From the NCBI GenBank assembly GCA_963697165.1, contig CAVOMX010000011.1:1-64000 (forward strand): a stretch of DNA of 64,000 nt, given 5' to 3'. This DNA is from Candidatus Bathyarchaeota archaeon. GTDB taxonomy: Archaea; Thermoproteota; Bathyarchaeia; Bathyarchaeales; Bathyarchaeaceae. Shown piece after piece: positions 10,093-21,097 of this stretch. The translations under genes and the position numbers were made by a program. How positions within the stretch are numbered: the stretch's first letter is position 1; the number at the start of each line of letters is the position of its first letter. Under the pieces are notes generated by a model. The model did not search any database and had not been told where the DNA came from. It was given only the letters and a program-made list of their open reading frames with translations.

Positions 10093-12073
10093 TTGAGTGG
10101 GTGGTCAACTAAAGGATTTTGTTTATATAGCATACTTCTAATTAGCATAATAATGGGAGTAGCGCCAATACCCTTTCTATCAGTCGCCCACGTTTCAGCG
10201 CAGCCCAATGTTCCATACACTCTCGGAAACTGGACATATGTAAACAAACCCACTCTTCCAGTCAAAATTAGATGAGTCCCAGATTCCTGTAGGATCAAAC
10301 TGGACATACATTTACAATTTAGAAGCAGGCTCAGCTTACAGAGTGTACTGTTACGGAGACTGGATAGACTACTCATCAGAAACCAACAAGACAGACTACG
10401 ATATATTCGTCTACGACCCTTCAGGTGACTTGCAGTCGTATCACACTGAGGCAGCGGGACTACCCGAACACTTGGGCACAACAGTTGACCACCCATACTT
10501 TATAGCAGCCCAAAGCGGCAACTACAGTTTTCTAATAAAAAATGATGCCCGAGAAAGCAGAGGAGCCGAGGCGGCTACTTTCATGCTAATTGAGCACATC
10601 GAGACAGATAAATGGTATAGCAGAAACATGGAAGGAAAAATAAACGATCAGCCAGTTGAAAAAACGAGTTGGTCATACGAATTCAACACAACAAACAGCC
10701 ATATCGAGGTGTTGGTTGAAGTGCCAGACACCATAGACATGTACGAAGTAAGAATGTACATCATGGCTAACCCATCGAAAGATGTAGGTACCATTCTGAA
10801 TGGAGTGCCTCTAGCATGGGAACAGGGACTATACGGTAGCACTTCAGGAATCTACGGCGGATACAACATAGACAGTGATGGCTTCAGAATCACCAACGCG
10901 ATGGCAAGCTGCGAGTATTCGGGAGACAACATGTTGATCAATTTTACTGCTCCCGTTGAAGGAAATCTGCTTTATCACATCACATTCATAGCCGAGAATG
11001 GAGAAGGCAACATAGAATTTCTGGTAAAAACAGATTTTGAGGCTCCAGAGTTGAGCCTATTAAATGAAATAAAGAAAATTAGCCCCAACAACAAGACAAT
11101 CATAAGTGTACACGTGAAGGAGCAATTCACCTTGGAAACAGTGACGCTGAATTATACAAAAGATAATGGGACAACATACGCTGTAGCAGAAATGGTTGCA
11201 ACCCAGAACAGAATATACACGGGAACAATTCTGGGGCAACCAGCTGGAACATTAGTCAATTATACTGTTTTTGCGAGGGACGTAAGCCTAAACAGCGCAA
11301 AGGTTTTGGGAAGCTATTCAGTAAAGAACTCGGCAAACGTTACTTTGGATGTGTCAAGTTCGATTGTTAATTATGGAGAAAACATAACGGTGACCGGTTC
11401 AATCCCTGTAAGTGGAACAAATGTGACTTTAACTTATGCGATGTTGAATGTTTCTGCGTTAAATGGCACCAGTTTAGATTATGCATCAGGGAATAATAAG
11501 GTGTTGAATTATACATCGAGCGGTTCAGCAGTATCCAGAGTGGTGCCTACAGATTCTTCAGGAGTTTTTTATGACGAATATTCTCTGAACAAAACGGGAA
11601 AATGGTTCGTTTGGGTAACTTGGAATGGAAGCGAAACATACTTTGGTGCATCTAGTGACTACAGAAACGTCACTGTACAGAAGGTGTACATAGAAGTAAC
11701 ATGTAACATAATGTCTAGCAGCTTGCCGATTGGAGACAACATTACCGTAAGAGGCTCTGTTTATCCTATCATAGAGAACTTGACAGTCAACGTAATCTTC
11801 ACCGATGCAAACTTGACCAACAAACAAACCACCTACACAGACATGAACGGAACTTATCGGGTAAGCTGGAAAACCGATTCGATGGGGCTGTGGCAGGTCC
11901 ATGCTAACATAGCTGAAAATGACTCAATAAGTGCAACCTACAGCAACGTAAGCACCTTTACAGTAACTGAAACTTTCCTAAACCAGTACTTGCTCTACAT
12001 TATAGGAGGCGTTGCTGGTGTTGCAGGAGTCTCAGTTGTAGTTTTCATCAGAAGAAGACGAGAGTATGAATAA
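10093..12073 (+). CDS. Large exported, membrane-anchored surface protein (Ig-like repeats); one +1 frameshift at ~10270
   Basis: N-terminal signal peptide (10093 ORF), many N-x-S/T sequons, C-terminal TM followed by RRRR. Confidence 0.75.
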
Positions 12074-12459
12074 AACCGTCACACAGAAACGAGGAAAAAA
12101 AGTCTAAAACTGCTCTTTTAAGTTCAACAAGAAGGTAATCAAGGAGTACACGCAAAAGAGGGCGAATTGGAGTGTGGTTGGGAAAACGCCCATATTCAAC
12201 TTTGAAACGGGTTGAGTTGGCTCACTTCGGATTCTGACTCTGAGTAATAAATCAGTTCTGGATCGTCAATAAATATTTCATGCAACCAAAACTTGAAACT
12301 AGAGTCACATACCAAGATTTGCTCCTGGCGATGAAACGATAGAAACCTAAACGCGCAACTAAGGGTACAGAAGAGTTAAAAGCGTTCCAGAATAGAGCTT
12401 GGCAAGAGAGGATTAAGCTTGTATATTAGAGGGCTGCCTCAAAGGCTTATGGTGAAGAA

Positions 12460-12759
12460 TTGAACATGAAAAAGCAGCATCTGTCAAAAAAAGAGGTTGA
12501 ACACGTGGCTTGGCTCGCCCACATAGAACTCTCCGAGCAAGAGAAGGCTCTCTTCACTGAGCAGTTCAACGAAATTCTAGATTACTTCAAAAAGATTGAT
12601 GAAGTAGACACAGAAGGAGTCGAACCCACGTACCACGTTTTAGACCTCAACAATATTTCTAGGAAAGACGAAACTACACCTTCGCTACCCATAGAAGAAG
12701 CCCTCAAGAACGCCCCAAAAAGAGAAAAAAAATTCTTTAAAGCCCCCAGAATTGTTTAG
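12460..12759 (+). CDS. gatC: Asp-tRNA(Asn)/Glu-tRNA(Gln) amidotransferase subunit C
   Basis: EVEHVAWLAHIEL...ALKNAP...FFKAPRI; directly upstream of gatA. Confidence 0.93.
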   Translation: MNMKKQHLSKKEVEHVAWLAHIELSEQEKALFTEQFNEILDYFKKIDEVDTEGVEPTYHVLDLNNISRKDETTPSLPIEEALKNAPKREKKFFKAPRIV

Positions 12760-12771
12760 GAAGCAGATGGC

Positions 12772-14238
12772 ATGTCAAAGTTACACGAGTTAACTGCCAA
12801 AGAGACCATCCAAAAAATAGCAAGTAACGAAGTTTCCGCCAAAGAATGCATTCAGGCGGTTTTCGAAAGAATCCACACGCTAGAAGACAAGATTAATGCC
12901 TACGTTACCCTCGTTGAGGAAGAAGCCCTCAATAAAGCAAAGGAGATTGACAGAAAGGTCTCGGAGGGGAAGCCTGTCGGAAGATTAGCGGGCGTCGCCA
13001 TCGCCGTAAAGGATGCCATATGTACGCAGGGAATTCCTACAACCTGTTCTTCGCGAATGCTCAAGAATTTTGTTCCTCCTTACGACGCGGAGGTCATTGA
13101 ACGAATTAAACGAGAAGACGGCGTGATTATTGGAAAAACAAACATGGACGAGTTTGCCATGGGCTCCTCCACAGAAACAAGCTATTTCGGTCCAACCCGC
13201 AACCCATGGGATCTTTCACGGGTTCCGGGAGGATCATCAGGAGGCAGCGCAGCGTGCATAGTCACTGATGAGGCTATCTTAGCATTGGGAACTGACACAG
13301 GAGGATCTGTTCGTTGTCCAGCCAGCTACTGTTCAGTTGTTGGCTTAAAGCCAACTTATGGGCTGGTTAGCCGTTACGGATTGATCGCGTACGCGAACAG
13401 TCTTGAACAGATTGGTCCAATGGCAAAGGATGTTTACGATTGTGCCCTGTTTCTTACGGTTATTGCGGGTCATGATTCTAGAGATGGCACATCCGTGAAT
13501 TTGGCGCCAAAAGATTACACAAAATTCCTGAATGATGATGTTGAGGGATTCAAGATTGGCGTGCCCAGAGAGTTCTTCGGCGAGGGAACAAGTGATGAAG
13601 TGAAAAAGCAGGTTTGGAGTGGCATCCATAAACTTGAAGAATTGGGGGCAACTTACGAGGAAACTTCGCTTCCCACTCTTGAACATTCTCTTGCCGCATA
13701 TTACATTGTTGCCATGTCTGAAGCCAGCTCCAACCTAGCAAGATACGACGGCTTACGTTACGGCTACCGAGTTGACAAAGATGAGGGAGACTGGGCAACA
13801 GTTTATTCACAAAACAGACGAGACGGATTCGGGGCAGAGGTGAGACGAAGAATAATTCTTGGCACTTACGCTCTTTCAGCAGGATATTACAACAAATATT
13901 ACTTGAAAGCCCTCAAGGTTCGAACCCTGATTCGAAAAGACTTTGAAGAAGCATTCAAAAAATTTGATGTTCTAGTTGGCCCAACCATGCCTTTTCCGCC
14001 ATTCAAGATCGGGGAAAAAATAGAAGATCCGATAGCACTCTACATGAGCGATGTCGACACAGTATCAGCGAATCTGGCTGGATTGCCAGCAATATCTGTT
14101 CCATGCGGATTCACGAACGGTCTTCCCATCGGAATACAGATTATGGCTCCACATCTCCGAGAAGACTTGACCCTACAGGCTGCATACACATTCGAACAGA
14201 ACACACAATACAGAAACCTAAAACCAGCATTTAAATGA
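12772..14238 (+). CDS. gatA: Amidotransferase subunit A
   Basis: GKTNMDEFAMGSS, PGGSSGGSAA, GTDTGGSVRCPA, SSNLARYDG. Confidence 0.97.
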   Translation: MSKLHELTAKETIQKIASNEVSAKECIQAVFERIHTLEDKINAYVTLVEEEALNKAKEIDRKVSEGKPVGRLAGVAIAVKDAICTQGIPTTCSSRMLKNFVPPYDAEVIERIKREDGVIIGKTNMDEFAMGSSTETSYFGPTRNPWDLSRVPGGSSGGSAACIVTDEAILALGTDTGGSVRCPASYCSVVGLKPTYGLVSRYGLIAYANSLEQIGPMAKDVYDCALFLTVIAGHDSRDGTSVNLAPKDYTKFLNDDVEGFKIGVPREFFGEGTSDEVKKQVWSGIHKLEELGATYEETSLPTLEHSLAAYYIVAMSEASSNLARYDGLRYGYRVDKDEGDWATVYSQNRRDGFGAEVRRRIILGTYALSAGYYNKYYLKALKVRTLIRKDFEEAFKKFDVLVGPTMPFPPFKIGEKIEDPIALYMSDVDTVSANLAGLPAISVPCGFTNGLPIGIQIMAPHLREDLTLQAAYTFEQNTQYRNLKPAFK

Positions 14239-14291
14239 AGAAATGCGAAAGAACTATAGTCTGCGTAATCAACGTATTGTTTGGTGAACCC

Positions 14292-15008
14292 ATGGACAAG
14301 CCCTATTTCCGCCAACTCTTCGAGCCGCAACTGAAAAAACCGATTCTTGTAGAGGGACTCACTGGTTTGGGAAATGTAGGAATGATTGCGGCAAGACACC
14401 TCATAGAAGTTACCGACGCTAAAGTCTTCGCCGAATTGTATACTCCATACTTCCCAGATTATGTAGCAGTAACCAAGGATGGAACATGCCGTCCACCCCA
14501 TTACCAGTTCTACGCAGCCAAAACCGAAAAAAACCATTATATTATATTGACCGGAGACTCGCAGCCTTCCATGGAGGACACGTTAGCATACTATGATGTA
14601 TGCGACGAAATACTGGATTTCGCAGAGAAACATGGAAGCAGATTTATAGTTACCATGGGTGGAGTAACTAACCAGAACTCGGCAAACGAAGTTTACATAG
14701 CCGCAACTTCCGAAAAACTCGCCCAGAAACACCTCGCCAAAGGAACCCAAATCTATGGTGAAGGCAGAATAGTTGGAACAACAGGCCTACTTTTGGGACT
14801 TGCAAAAAGGCGAGGATGGAAAGGCATTTGCCTGCTAGGCGCAACAACAGGTTTCGGAGCCGAAAGAGGAGTTGGTCTCTCCATCTTTAAAACTTTGACA
14901 AGCATCCTTGAGGACGACACAAAAAAAGAAACAGGAGAAAAACAAGAGCGGACACAAAACAGAAAAGACGATAAAACACCAGAAGAGAGCCTTAAAGGAC
15001 TCTTCTAA
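14292..15008 (+). CDS. PAC2-family (proteasome assembly chaperone-like) protein
   Basis: PILVEGLTGLGNVG, ILTGDSQP, GLLLGLA...GICLLGAT; GGTGA RBS before ATG 14292. Confidence 0.85.
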   Translation: MDKPYFRQLFEPQLKKPILVEGLTGLGNVGMIAARHLIEVTDAKVFAELYTPYFPDYVAVTKDGTCRPPHYQFYAAKTEKNHYIILTGDSQPSMEDTLAYYDVCDEILDFAEKHGSRFIVTMGGVTNQNSANEVYIAATSEKLAQKHLAKGTQIYGEGRIVGTTGLLLGLAKRRGWKGICLLGATTGFGAERGVGLSIFKTLTSILEDDTKKETGEKQERTQNRKDDKTPEESLKGLF

Positions 15009-16471
15009 AGCTTGTCTTTAGTTTTTATTGTTTTTAATTTTTCTTGGATTAACTGGTTGGCTAACTGAGGATCAGCCTTACCCTTTGTCCTCCTCATTAG
15101 CTGACCCACCAGAAAGTGAACTGCATTCTCTTCCGCGAGTGCATCTTCCACACACTTGGGATGTTCACTGAAAACTTTCTCCACAATACCCTGAAGTTCT
15201 TCTCGGGAAGAAATCTTCACTAAACCCTTCTCTTTGATAATCTGAGAAGGCTGCTTTCCAGTCAAAACTATTTCGGGCAGAACTCTTTTGCCGATCTTAC
15301 CACTTATGACGCCATCCTCTATCAATTTGATCATTTCAACCAAGAGTTCAGGAGTAATCTTGGATTCAGTGAGCTCAAGGTTATTTTCGTTAAGATTCCG
15401 CAGAAGGTCACCCATCATCCAGTTACTAACCTCCTTGGGTCTGTCATACAGCTTCACGGTTTTCTCAAAAAAGTCCGCTAACGCCTTATCGCTAACCAAA
15501 ACCTGAGCATCATACTTGGGCAAACTATAGGCTTCAACAAAACGGCTGATTCTAGCTTCAGGCAGCTCAGGCATCTTCTTCTTAACATCTTCAACAAAAT
15601 CGTTTGTGATAACCACCGGAACAAGATCGGGCTCAGGGAAATATCGGTAATCGTGCTCTTCTTCCTTCATACGCAAAGAAATGGTTACCCTACGAGTTTC
15701 ATCCCAGTGCCTCGTTTCATGCTGGATAGAAAGGCCTTTCTTAACCAAGTTTTTTTGGCGCATAATCTCGAATCCTAAAGCACGCTCCACCTCTTTGAAG
15801 GAGGAGATGTTCTTAACTTCCACACGGGTTCCGCCAGTTAGAGAAATGTTGGCGTCACACCGCATCGATCCTTCTAACTTGCCTGAAAAGATTCCCAAGT
15901 GCTCCATGATGGAACGCAGTTTCTGGAGGAAAATTCTTGCCTCTTTGGGAGAATCAAGGTCAGGGTCGGTCACAATCTCCAGAAGGGTGATTCCTGAACG
16001 GTTATAGTCCACTAGAGTGTAGGGGGACGTGTCTATGGCGCCCTGATGAACCAGTCGTCCGGGGTCCTCTTCAAGATGAACTCTGCCGATACGAACCTTT
16101 TTCTGTTTCTTGCCAACATCGATACAGAGATAGCCGTCCACAGCAAGCGGAACTCCTCCAGCTTGGTCGTATTGCGAAATCTGGAAGTTTTTAGGCATGT
16201 CCGGATAGTAGTAATTCTTTCTGAAGAAGAACATGCACTCCGAAACTTTACAGTTCAGGGCAAGCGCAGCCATAACAGCATATTCTACTACTTTCTCGTT
16301 GAGTACAGGAAGAGATCCGGGCATTCCTAGGCAAACTGGACAGACCATAGAGTTTGGGTCTTTTCCCTTGTAATCTGCGGAGCATCCGCAAAAGAGTTTA
16401 GTTTTTAGGCTGGTTAGTTGGACGTGAACTTCTAGACCTATGCGAACTTCGTTTTGGTTTTCGGTGGACAT
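15005..16471 (-). CDS. gatB: Amidotransferase subunit B
   Basis: IGLEVHVQL, RKNYYYPDMPKNFQISQ, HLEEDPG, YRYFPEPDL. Confidence 0.97.
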   Translation of the reverse strand: MSTENQNEVRIGLEVHVQLTSLKTKLFCGCSADYKGKDPNSMVCPVCLGMPGSLPVLNEKVVEYAVMAALALNCKVSECMFFFRKNYYYPDMPKNFQISQYDQAGGVPLAVDGYLCIDVGKKQKKVRIGRVHLEEDPGRLVHQGAIDTSPYTLVDYNRSGITLLEIVTDPDLDSPKEARIFLQKLRSIMEHLGIFSGKLEGSMRCDANISLTGGTRVEVKNISSFKEVERALGFEIMRQKNLVKKGLSIQHETRHWDETRRVTISLRMKEEEHDYRYFPEPDLVPVVITNDFVEDVKKKMPELPEARISRFVEAYSLPKYDAQVLVSDKALADFFEKTVKLYDRPKEVSNWMMGDLLRNLNENNLELTESKITPELLVEMIKLIEDGVISGKIGKRVLPEIVLTGKQPSQIIKEKGLVKISSREELQGIVEKVFSEHPKCVEDALAEENAVHFLVGQLMRRTKGKADPQLANQLIQEKLKTIKTKDKL

Positions 16472-16612
16472 CTCTGTTACGTTAATTTTGTCTGTAGAAT
16501 TTAGATGTTTTGTATTGAATATTTCAAAGCAATCCTTGAATGAACAAGACCATTTTCAGGCACGTTACACTAGTGCGAAATAGTTAAATTTGCAGGTCTC
16601 CACCGTGCACTT

Positions 16613-17767
16613 ATGCCTAGAATATGCCTTGTCACGCACTTTTTTCCACCCCACATGGGAGGCATAGAAAAGGTATCTTATGAACAGAGCAAAAGATTGA
16701 CAGAATCAGGCTACGAAATAGATGTTTTAACCAGCAAAATAGGAGGACAAAACGAGCATCCCGCAAAAGGAATTCGAGTTGTCACATATCCAAGCATAAA
16801 ACTTGCTGAAAGATTTGGTGTACCTTACCCGATTCCTACAATAAAAGCATACAAAAAGTTTGCACAGGTAATAAGTAAGTGCGATTTAGTTCACGCTCAT
16901 GGACATGTCTACATGTCATCATGCCTTGCGGGGAAGCTCGCCAAGAAATACAAGAAACCATTCATAGTAACCCAACACAACACATTCATCGACTACCAGT
17001 CATGGCTGAACATAATGGAAAAAATGAACGATTTTACTATAGGCAAATCAGTTTTGAAACATGCCGACCGCATACTTACAGTCAGCAAAGAAACAATGAA
17101 ATACGTTCTAAAACTAGGCGCAGACAAATCAAAAACGTCAGTAATTTACAACGGCGTTGATACAAACCGTTTTCACTCTGTAAAAAAAGGAGAGAGTAGA
17201 AAAAAACTTGGTCTGCCCAAAGAACGAAGGATAATCTTTAGTGTGCGGAGGCTAGTCTACAAGAATGGCGTAGATACCTTAATAGAATCAGCTCATCTTG
17301 TGGCACGAGACAATCCTGACGTATTGTTTGTTGTTGTAGGAAAAGGTCCAAGCAGAAAACTTATCGAAGACCGCATAAAAGAATTGGGAATCGAAAACAA
17401 CATCAAATTAACAGGATTCGTTCAAGATGAACTGTTACCAGTATACTACGACGCCGCTGACTACTTTGTTCTCCCCTCTGCTTCAGGCGAAGGATTACCG
17501 CTGGTTCTTTTTGAAGCCATGGCGTGCGGACTACCAGTAATCGCAACAACAGTTGGAGGAACACCAGAAATAATTAATCACCTGAAAAACGGGGTTCTTG
17601 TGCCCCCAAAAAATCCGGAGGCAATAGCCGAGGCGCTGTTAAAACTGCTAGCAGACGAAGAATTAGGAAAAAGCATAGGCGAGGAAGCAAAGAGGACTGT
17701 TGAGGACACGTTTACGTGGGAAGAAAATGTTCGAAAACTGAAAGAAGTATATAATGAATTCATTTAG
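16613..17767 (+). CDS. Glycosyltransferase family 4 (GT-B)
   Basis: FPPHMGGIE, IYNGVD, EGLPLVLFEAMACG. Confidence 0.92.
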   Translation: MPRICLVTHFFPPHMGGIEKVSYEQSKRLTESGYEIDVLTSKIGGQNEHPAKGIRVVTYPSIKLAERFGVPYPIPTIKAYKKFAQVISKCDLVHAHGHVYMSSCLAGKLAKKYKKPFIVTQHNTFIDYQSWLNIMEKMNDFTIGKSVLKHADRILTVSKETMKYVLKLGADKSKTSVIYNGVDTNRFHSVKKGESRKKLGLPKERRIIFSVRRLVYKNGVDTLIESAHLVARDNPDVLFVVVGKGPSRKLIEDRIKELGIENNIKLTGFVQDELLPVYYDAADYFVLPSASGEGLPLVLFEAMACGLPVIATTVGGTPEIINHLKNGVLVPPKNPEAIAEALLKLLADEELGKSIGEEAKRTVEDTFTWEENVRKLKEVYNEFI

Positions 17768-17839
17768 TACAGAAACTATTTTATACAAAGAACCGGAAGT
17801 CTTCAAGTAAAAATAAAAAATTGACAAGAGCTGCCCCCT

Positions 17840-18526
17840 TTGACCAAAGAAGATCCTGTAGTGTCCGTAGTTATACCGGCATTTAAAGAAGGAAAAACTA
17901 TACGTAAAGTCATACAAGACCTCAAGAGTTACTCAAGCTACAATACAGAAATAATAGTTGTTGACGGCTATTCCAATGACGGAACCGAAGAGATCGTTAA
18001 AGAGGAAAACGCCCGGTTTGTGAGCGAATCAAGGATAGGATATGGAAGGGCAATAAAAACAGGAATAGACCATGCAAAGGGCGATGTATTGGTGATAATA
18101 GACGCCGACGACACATACCAAGCAGATGCCATAGACAAGCTAGTCCAACCGTTACTGAAGGGCGAGGCTGATGTCTGCTTGGCTTCAAGACTTGGAGGAA
18201 CCATCTTACCTGGGGCAATGCCAGGCATGAACTTGTTTGGAAACCGAATGTTCACATCAATGTACAACGTGATTTATGGACAAAATGTCACCGATACACA
18301 GACAGGATTTCGGGCATTAACGAAAAAAACGATTGAATGCCTAGACTTGCACTCGGATGGCATGGGTCTTTCAACAGTTTTTCTAACAGAAGCTGCGAAG
18401 AGAGGCTTTAAAATCACAGAGTTTTCCACAGTCTACCGACCAAGAGACGACAATAGTCGATCCAAATTGAACAGATTAAAGGCCGGATGGGAAATCCTCA
18501 GAATTCTTTTATTTGGACAAGCCTAA
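17840..18526 (+). CDS. Glycosyltransferase family 2 (DPM1-like)
   Basis: VVIPAFKE, VVDGYSNDGT, DAD, DTQTGFRA. Confidence 0.92.
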   Translation: MTKEDPVVSVVIPAFKEGKTIRKVIQDLKSYSSYNTEIIVVDGYSNDGTEEIVKEENARFVSESRIGYGRAIKTGIDHAKGDVLVIIDADDTYQADAIDKLVQPLLKGEADVCLASRLGGTILPGAMPGMNLFGNRMFTSMYNVIYGQNVTDTQTGFRALTKKTIECLDLHSDGMGLSTVFLTEAAKRGFKITEFSTVYRPRDDNSRSKLNRLKAGWEILRILLFGQA

Positions 18527-18557
18527 ATGTAAACAGGTTAGCTCACCGTTTCAGGGG

Positions 18558-19118
18558 ATGATTAGGTTGAAGAGAGATCAACATAAGAACTTCATGGAAA
18601 AGAAAATCAAGAGAACAGGAAAGGGCACGAAATCCGGTTCATACAGCAGTGAAGAAAAAACAATAATTATTACAATTTTGGTAGCGCTTGTTATTATAGG
18701 TGCGCTCTTAGTAAATCTTGTATTCTTCACGCCCGTAGAAACAGAACCGTTTTCCGCGATATATTATCTAGATTCAGAAAAACAGATAACGAACTTGCCA
18801 AAAACGGTAGTTTTGGGTGAGAACAGCACGTTCTCGTTATGGGTTGGAGTTGAAAACCAGAATTACACAATGATTGATTATCAAGTGTGGATTAAGATGG
18901 ATGATGGAAAAGGACTGTTGAATCATACTTCAACAGAATACATACAAAGTTTTGAGAAAACATTAGCACACGGAAAAATTTGGGAGTTTCCGGTAACGAT
19001 AAACATAGAACAACTGGGACTCAATAGGATTAGCTTTGAATTACGGTTCTTCAATGGAACGGCGAATAAATTTCAATATTCAGGAAAATGGGTCAGCCTT
19101 TCAGTTGAAGCACTTTAA
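18558..19118 (+). CDS. DUF1616-like membrane-anchored protein
   Basis: Single TM, EPFSAIYYL, LWVGVEN, C-terminal WVSL; start uncertain (18558/18567). Confidence 0.6.
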   Translation: MIRLKRDQHKNFMEKKIKRTGKGTKSGSYSSEEKTIIITILVALVIIGALLVNLVFFTPVETEPFSAIYYLDSEKQITNLPKTVVLGENSTFSLWVGVENQNYTMIDYQVWIKMDDGKGLLNHTSTEYIQSFEKTLAHGKIWEFPVTINIEQLGLNRISFELRFFNGTANKFQYSGKWVSLSVEAL

Positions 19119-19289
19119 GCAAGTTGAAGCAAAAACTTGTAAACAGAAGATGATGCGCCTAAAGGGTGAATAGAACATTCTACATTTTGGGTCATGTGAA
19201 CCTTTTTTTCGTTATGGAATCGCTGGCTTTTTGGAAAGATTAACTAATGAGTGTCTCCTTAGATTCCAGTCATCAACTGGGGAATTGCT

Positions 19290-20228
19290 TTGAAAGCATT
19301 CAAGGAACAAGAAGTTGTGGTTACTGGCGGCGCTGGCTTCATAGGCTCTAGCCTCTGTAAAACACTGCTAGAGCAGGGCGCCAAAGTAACTGCATTCGAC
19401 AATTTATATTCAGGAAAAATCGATTTGATAAAAGACCTAATGGATAAGGGCCTCAACTTTGTGCAGGGCGACATAAGAGACCCAGAGGCAATAGAGAAAG
19501 CAACAAAGAATTGTAAAGTCATTTTTCATCTGGCAGCCCAAACAAGCGTTCCATTTTCTATGGAAAATCCCAAAGAAGACAGCGAAATTAACGTTATTGG
19601 AACATTGAATGTCCTTGAAGCCACCAGAAAAGCTGGCGCCAAAATGCTCTTCACGTCATCATGTGCAGTTTATGGCAACCCAGAGAAAAGACCGACACCT
19701 GAAACATATCCGACACATCCAATCGCGTTCTATGGGTTAACAAAACTGCTTGGCGAGAACTATTGTCGGTTCTACCAAGAAACTTATGGTTCAGAAGTTG
19801 TTATGTTCCGCATATTCAATGTTTATGGCCCAAACTGTCACGGTGCAATATACGATTTCCTCAACAAACTGCGGAAAACACCCGACAAATTGGAGATTCT
19901 GGGAACAGGAAAACAATCCAGAGACTTCGTCTATGTATCGGATATGGTAGATGTACTACTCAAGGCTGCAATTACTCCTGAAGCTGCAGGACAAGCCTTT
20001 AACATTGGCACAGGAACAACAACCTCCGTGGCAGAGTTAGCGAAGATGATTGTGGAGATTCTGGGATTGGAGAATGTTGAGATATATTTCAAAGGTGGAC
20101 AAGCGTGGGCGGGAGACATGGATATAACATTGGCAGACAACAGCAAAGCAGCGAACATATTGCAGTGGAAACCTCAAGTGAGTTTGAGGGAAGGACTGAA
20201 AAAATTAATAAGCTCAAGAAGATATTAG
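19290..20228 (+). CDS. NAD-dependent nucleotide-sugar epimerase/dehydratase
   Basis: TGGAGFIGS, HLAA, YxxxK (YGLTK), FNVYGP, RDFVYV. Confidence 0.93.
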   Translation: MKAFKEQEVVVTGGAGFIGSSLCKTLLEQGAKVTAFDNLYSGKIDLIKDLMDKGLNFVQGDIRDPEAIEKATKNCKVIFHLAAQTSVPFSMENPKEDSEINVIGTLNVLEATRKAGAKMLFTSSCAVYGNPEKRPTPETYPTHPIAFYGLTKLLGENYCRFYQETYGSEVVMFRIFNVYGPNCHGAIYDFLNKLRKTPDKLEILGTGKQSRDFVYVSDMVDVLLKAAITPEAAGQAFNIGTGTTTSVAELAKMIVEILGLENVEIYFKGGQAWAGDMDITLADNSKAANILQWKPQVSLREGLKKLISSRRY

Positions 20229-20239
20229 GCTCGATTTAA

Positions 20240-21097
20240 ATGGTTTCGCTTAAGAAAAGGCTGAAAGCCGTTATTATGCTTCTTCGGCCACCTTACTGGC
20301 TCATGACGGGCGGGCTCTCAGTTTTAACAATGTTTACTCTGTGGAGAGGCTTGCCAGAAACTGATCTATTGGCATTAGTTGTTTTGTCAGCAATCTGCAT
20401 TAGTTCTGGCGGTTTCGCGTTCAACGATTACATTGATCAAGAATCAGATGCAATCGTCAAAAAGAACAGACCTATTCCTTCAAAAAGTTTAGCGCCGTGG
20501 CATGCTCTTCTGGCAGCTGTAATTTTGTTTACCATTGGACTATTAGCAGCCCTAAGAATCAACTGGCTGTGCTTTGGAATTGCTCTCATGGATATTGTTC
20601 TTCTTGTAGCGTATTCTAGGGTTATAAAGAAGTCTGCCGGTTTCTTCGGAAGCTTTCTCATGGGTTTTCTTATAGGAACATCGTTTGTTTATGGTGAAGT
20701 TGCCCTGTATGGAACTTTCACAGTTACTTCTTTATCTTTGTCGTTTATGAGCATGGGCAGTATCGGCGGAAACATATTGCGGGATGTATTAAGTTTAGAG
20801 GGAGACCAGAAAGCGGGTTATGCCACCTTGGCAGCTAAGAGTGGTCCAAAATTCGCCACTAAGGTTGGAGCTGTTTTCTTCTTGCTCAATGTAATAGGCT
20901 CCCCAATCCCTTTTCTAGTGGACGCAGTCGGTTATGCATACTTGATTCCGATAATCATCTGGGATATAATACTCGTCATTTCAGGATTTTCTCTCCTCAA
21001 AAACCAAGATATTAACTTGGTAAAGAAATACGAAAGATTAGTGACTAGGACAATGATATTGATACCAATCGCATTAATCTTAGGGGCTTTGACTTGA
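20240..21097 (+). CDS. UbiA-family prenyltransferase, DGGGP-synthase-like
   Basis: LLRP N-terminus, NDYIDQESD...RPIPS motif, multiple TMs; second acidic motif divergent (RDVLSLEGD). Confidence 0.8.
   Translation: MVSLKKRLKAVIMLLRPPYWLMTGGLSVLTMFTLWRGLPETDLLALVVLSAICISSGGFAFNDYIDQESDAIVKKNRPIPSKSLAPWHALLAAVILFTIGLLAALRINWLCFGIALMDIVLLVAYSRVIKKSAGFFGSFLMGFLIGTSFVYGEVALYGTFTVTSLSLSFMSMGSIGGNILRDVLSLEGDQKAGYATLAAKSGPKFATKVGAVFFLLNVIGSPIPFLVDAVGYAYLIPIIIWDIILVISGFSLLKNQDINLVKKYERLVTRTMILIPIALILGALT

Noticed and set aside
14235..16500. gatB inverted relative to gatCA as a misassembly
   Set aside because: gatB has its own AT-rich promoter-like upstream region and clean gene ends; separation of gatB from gatCA is not unusual in archaea
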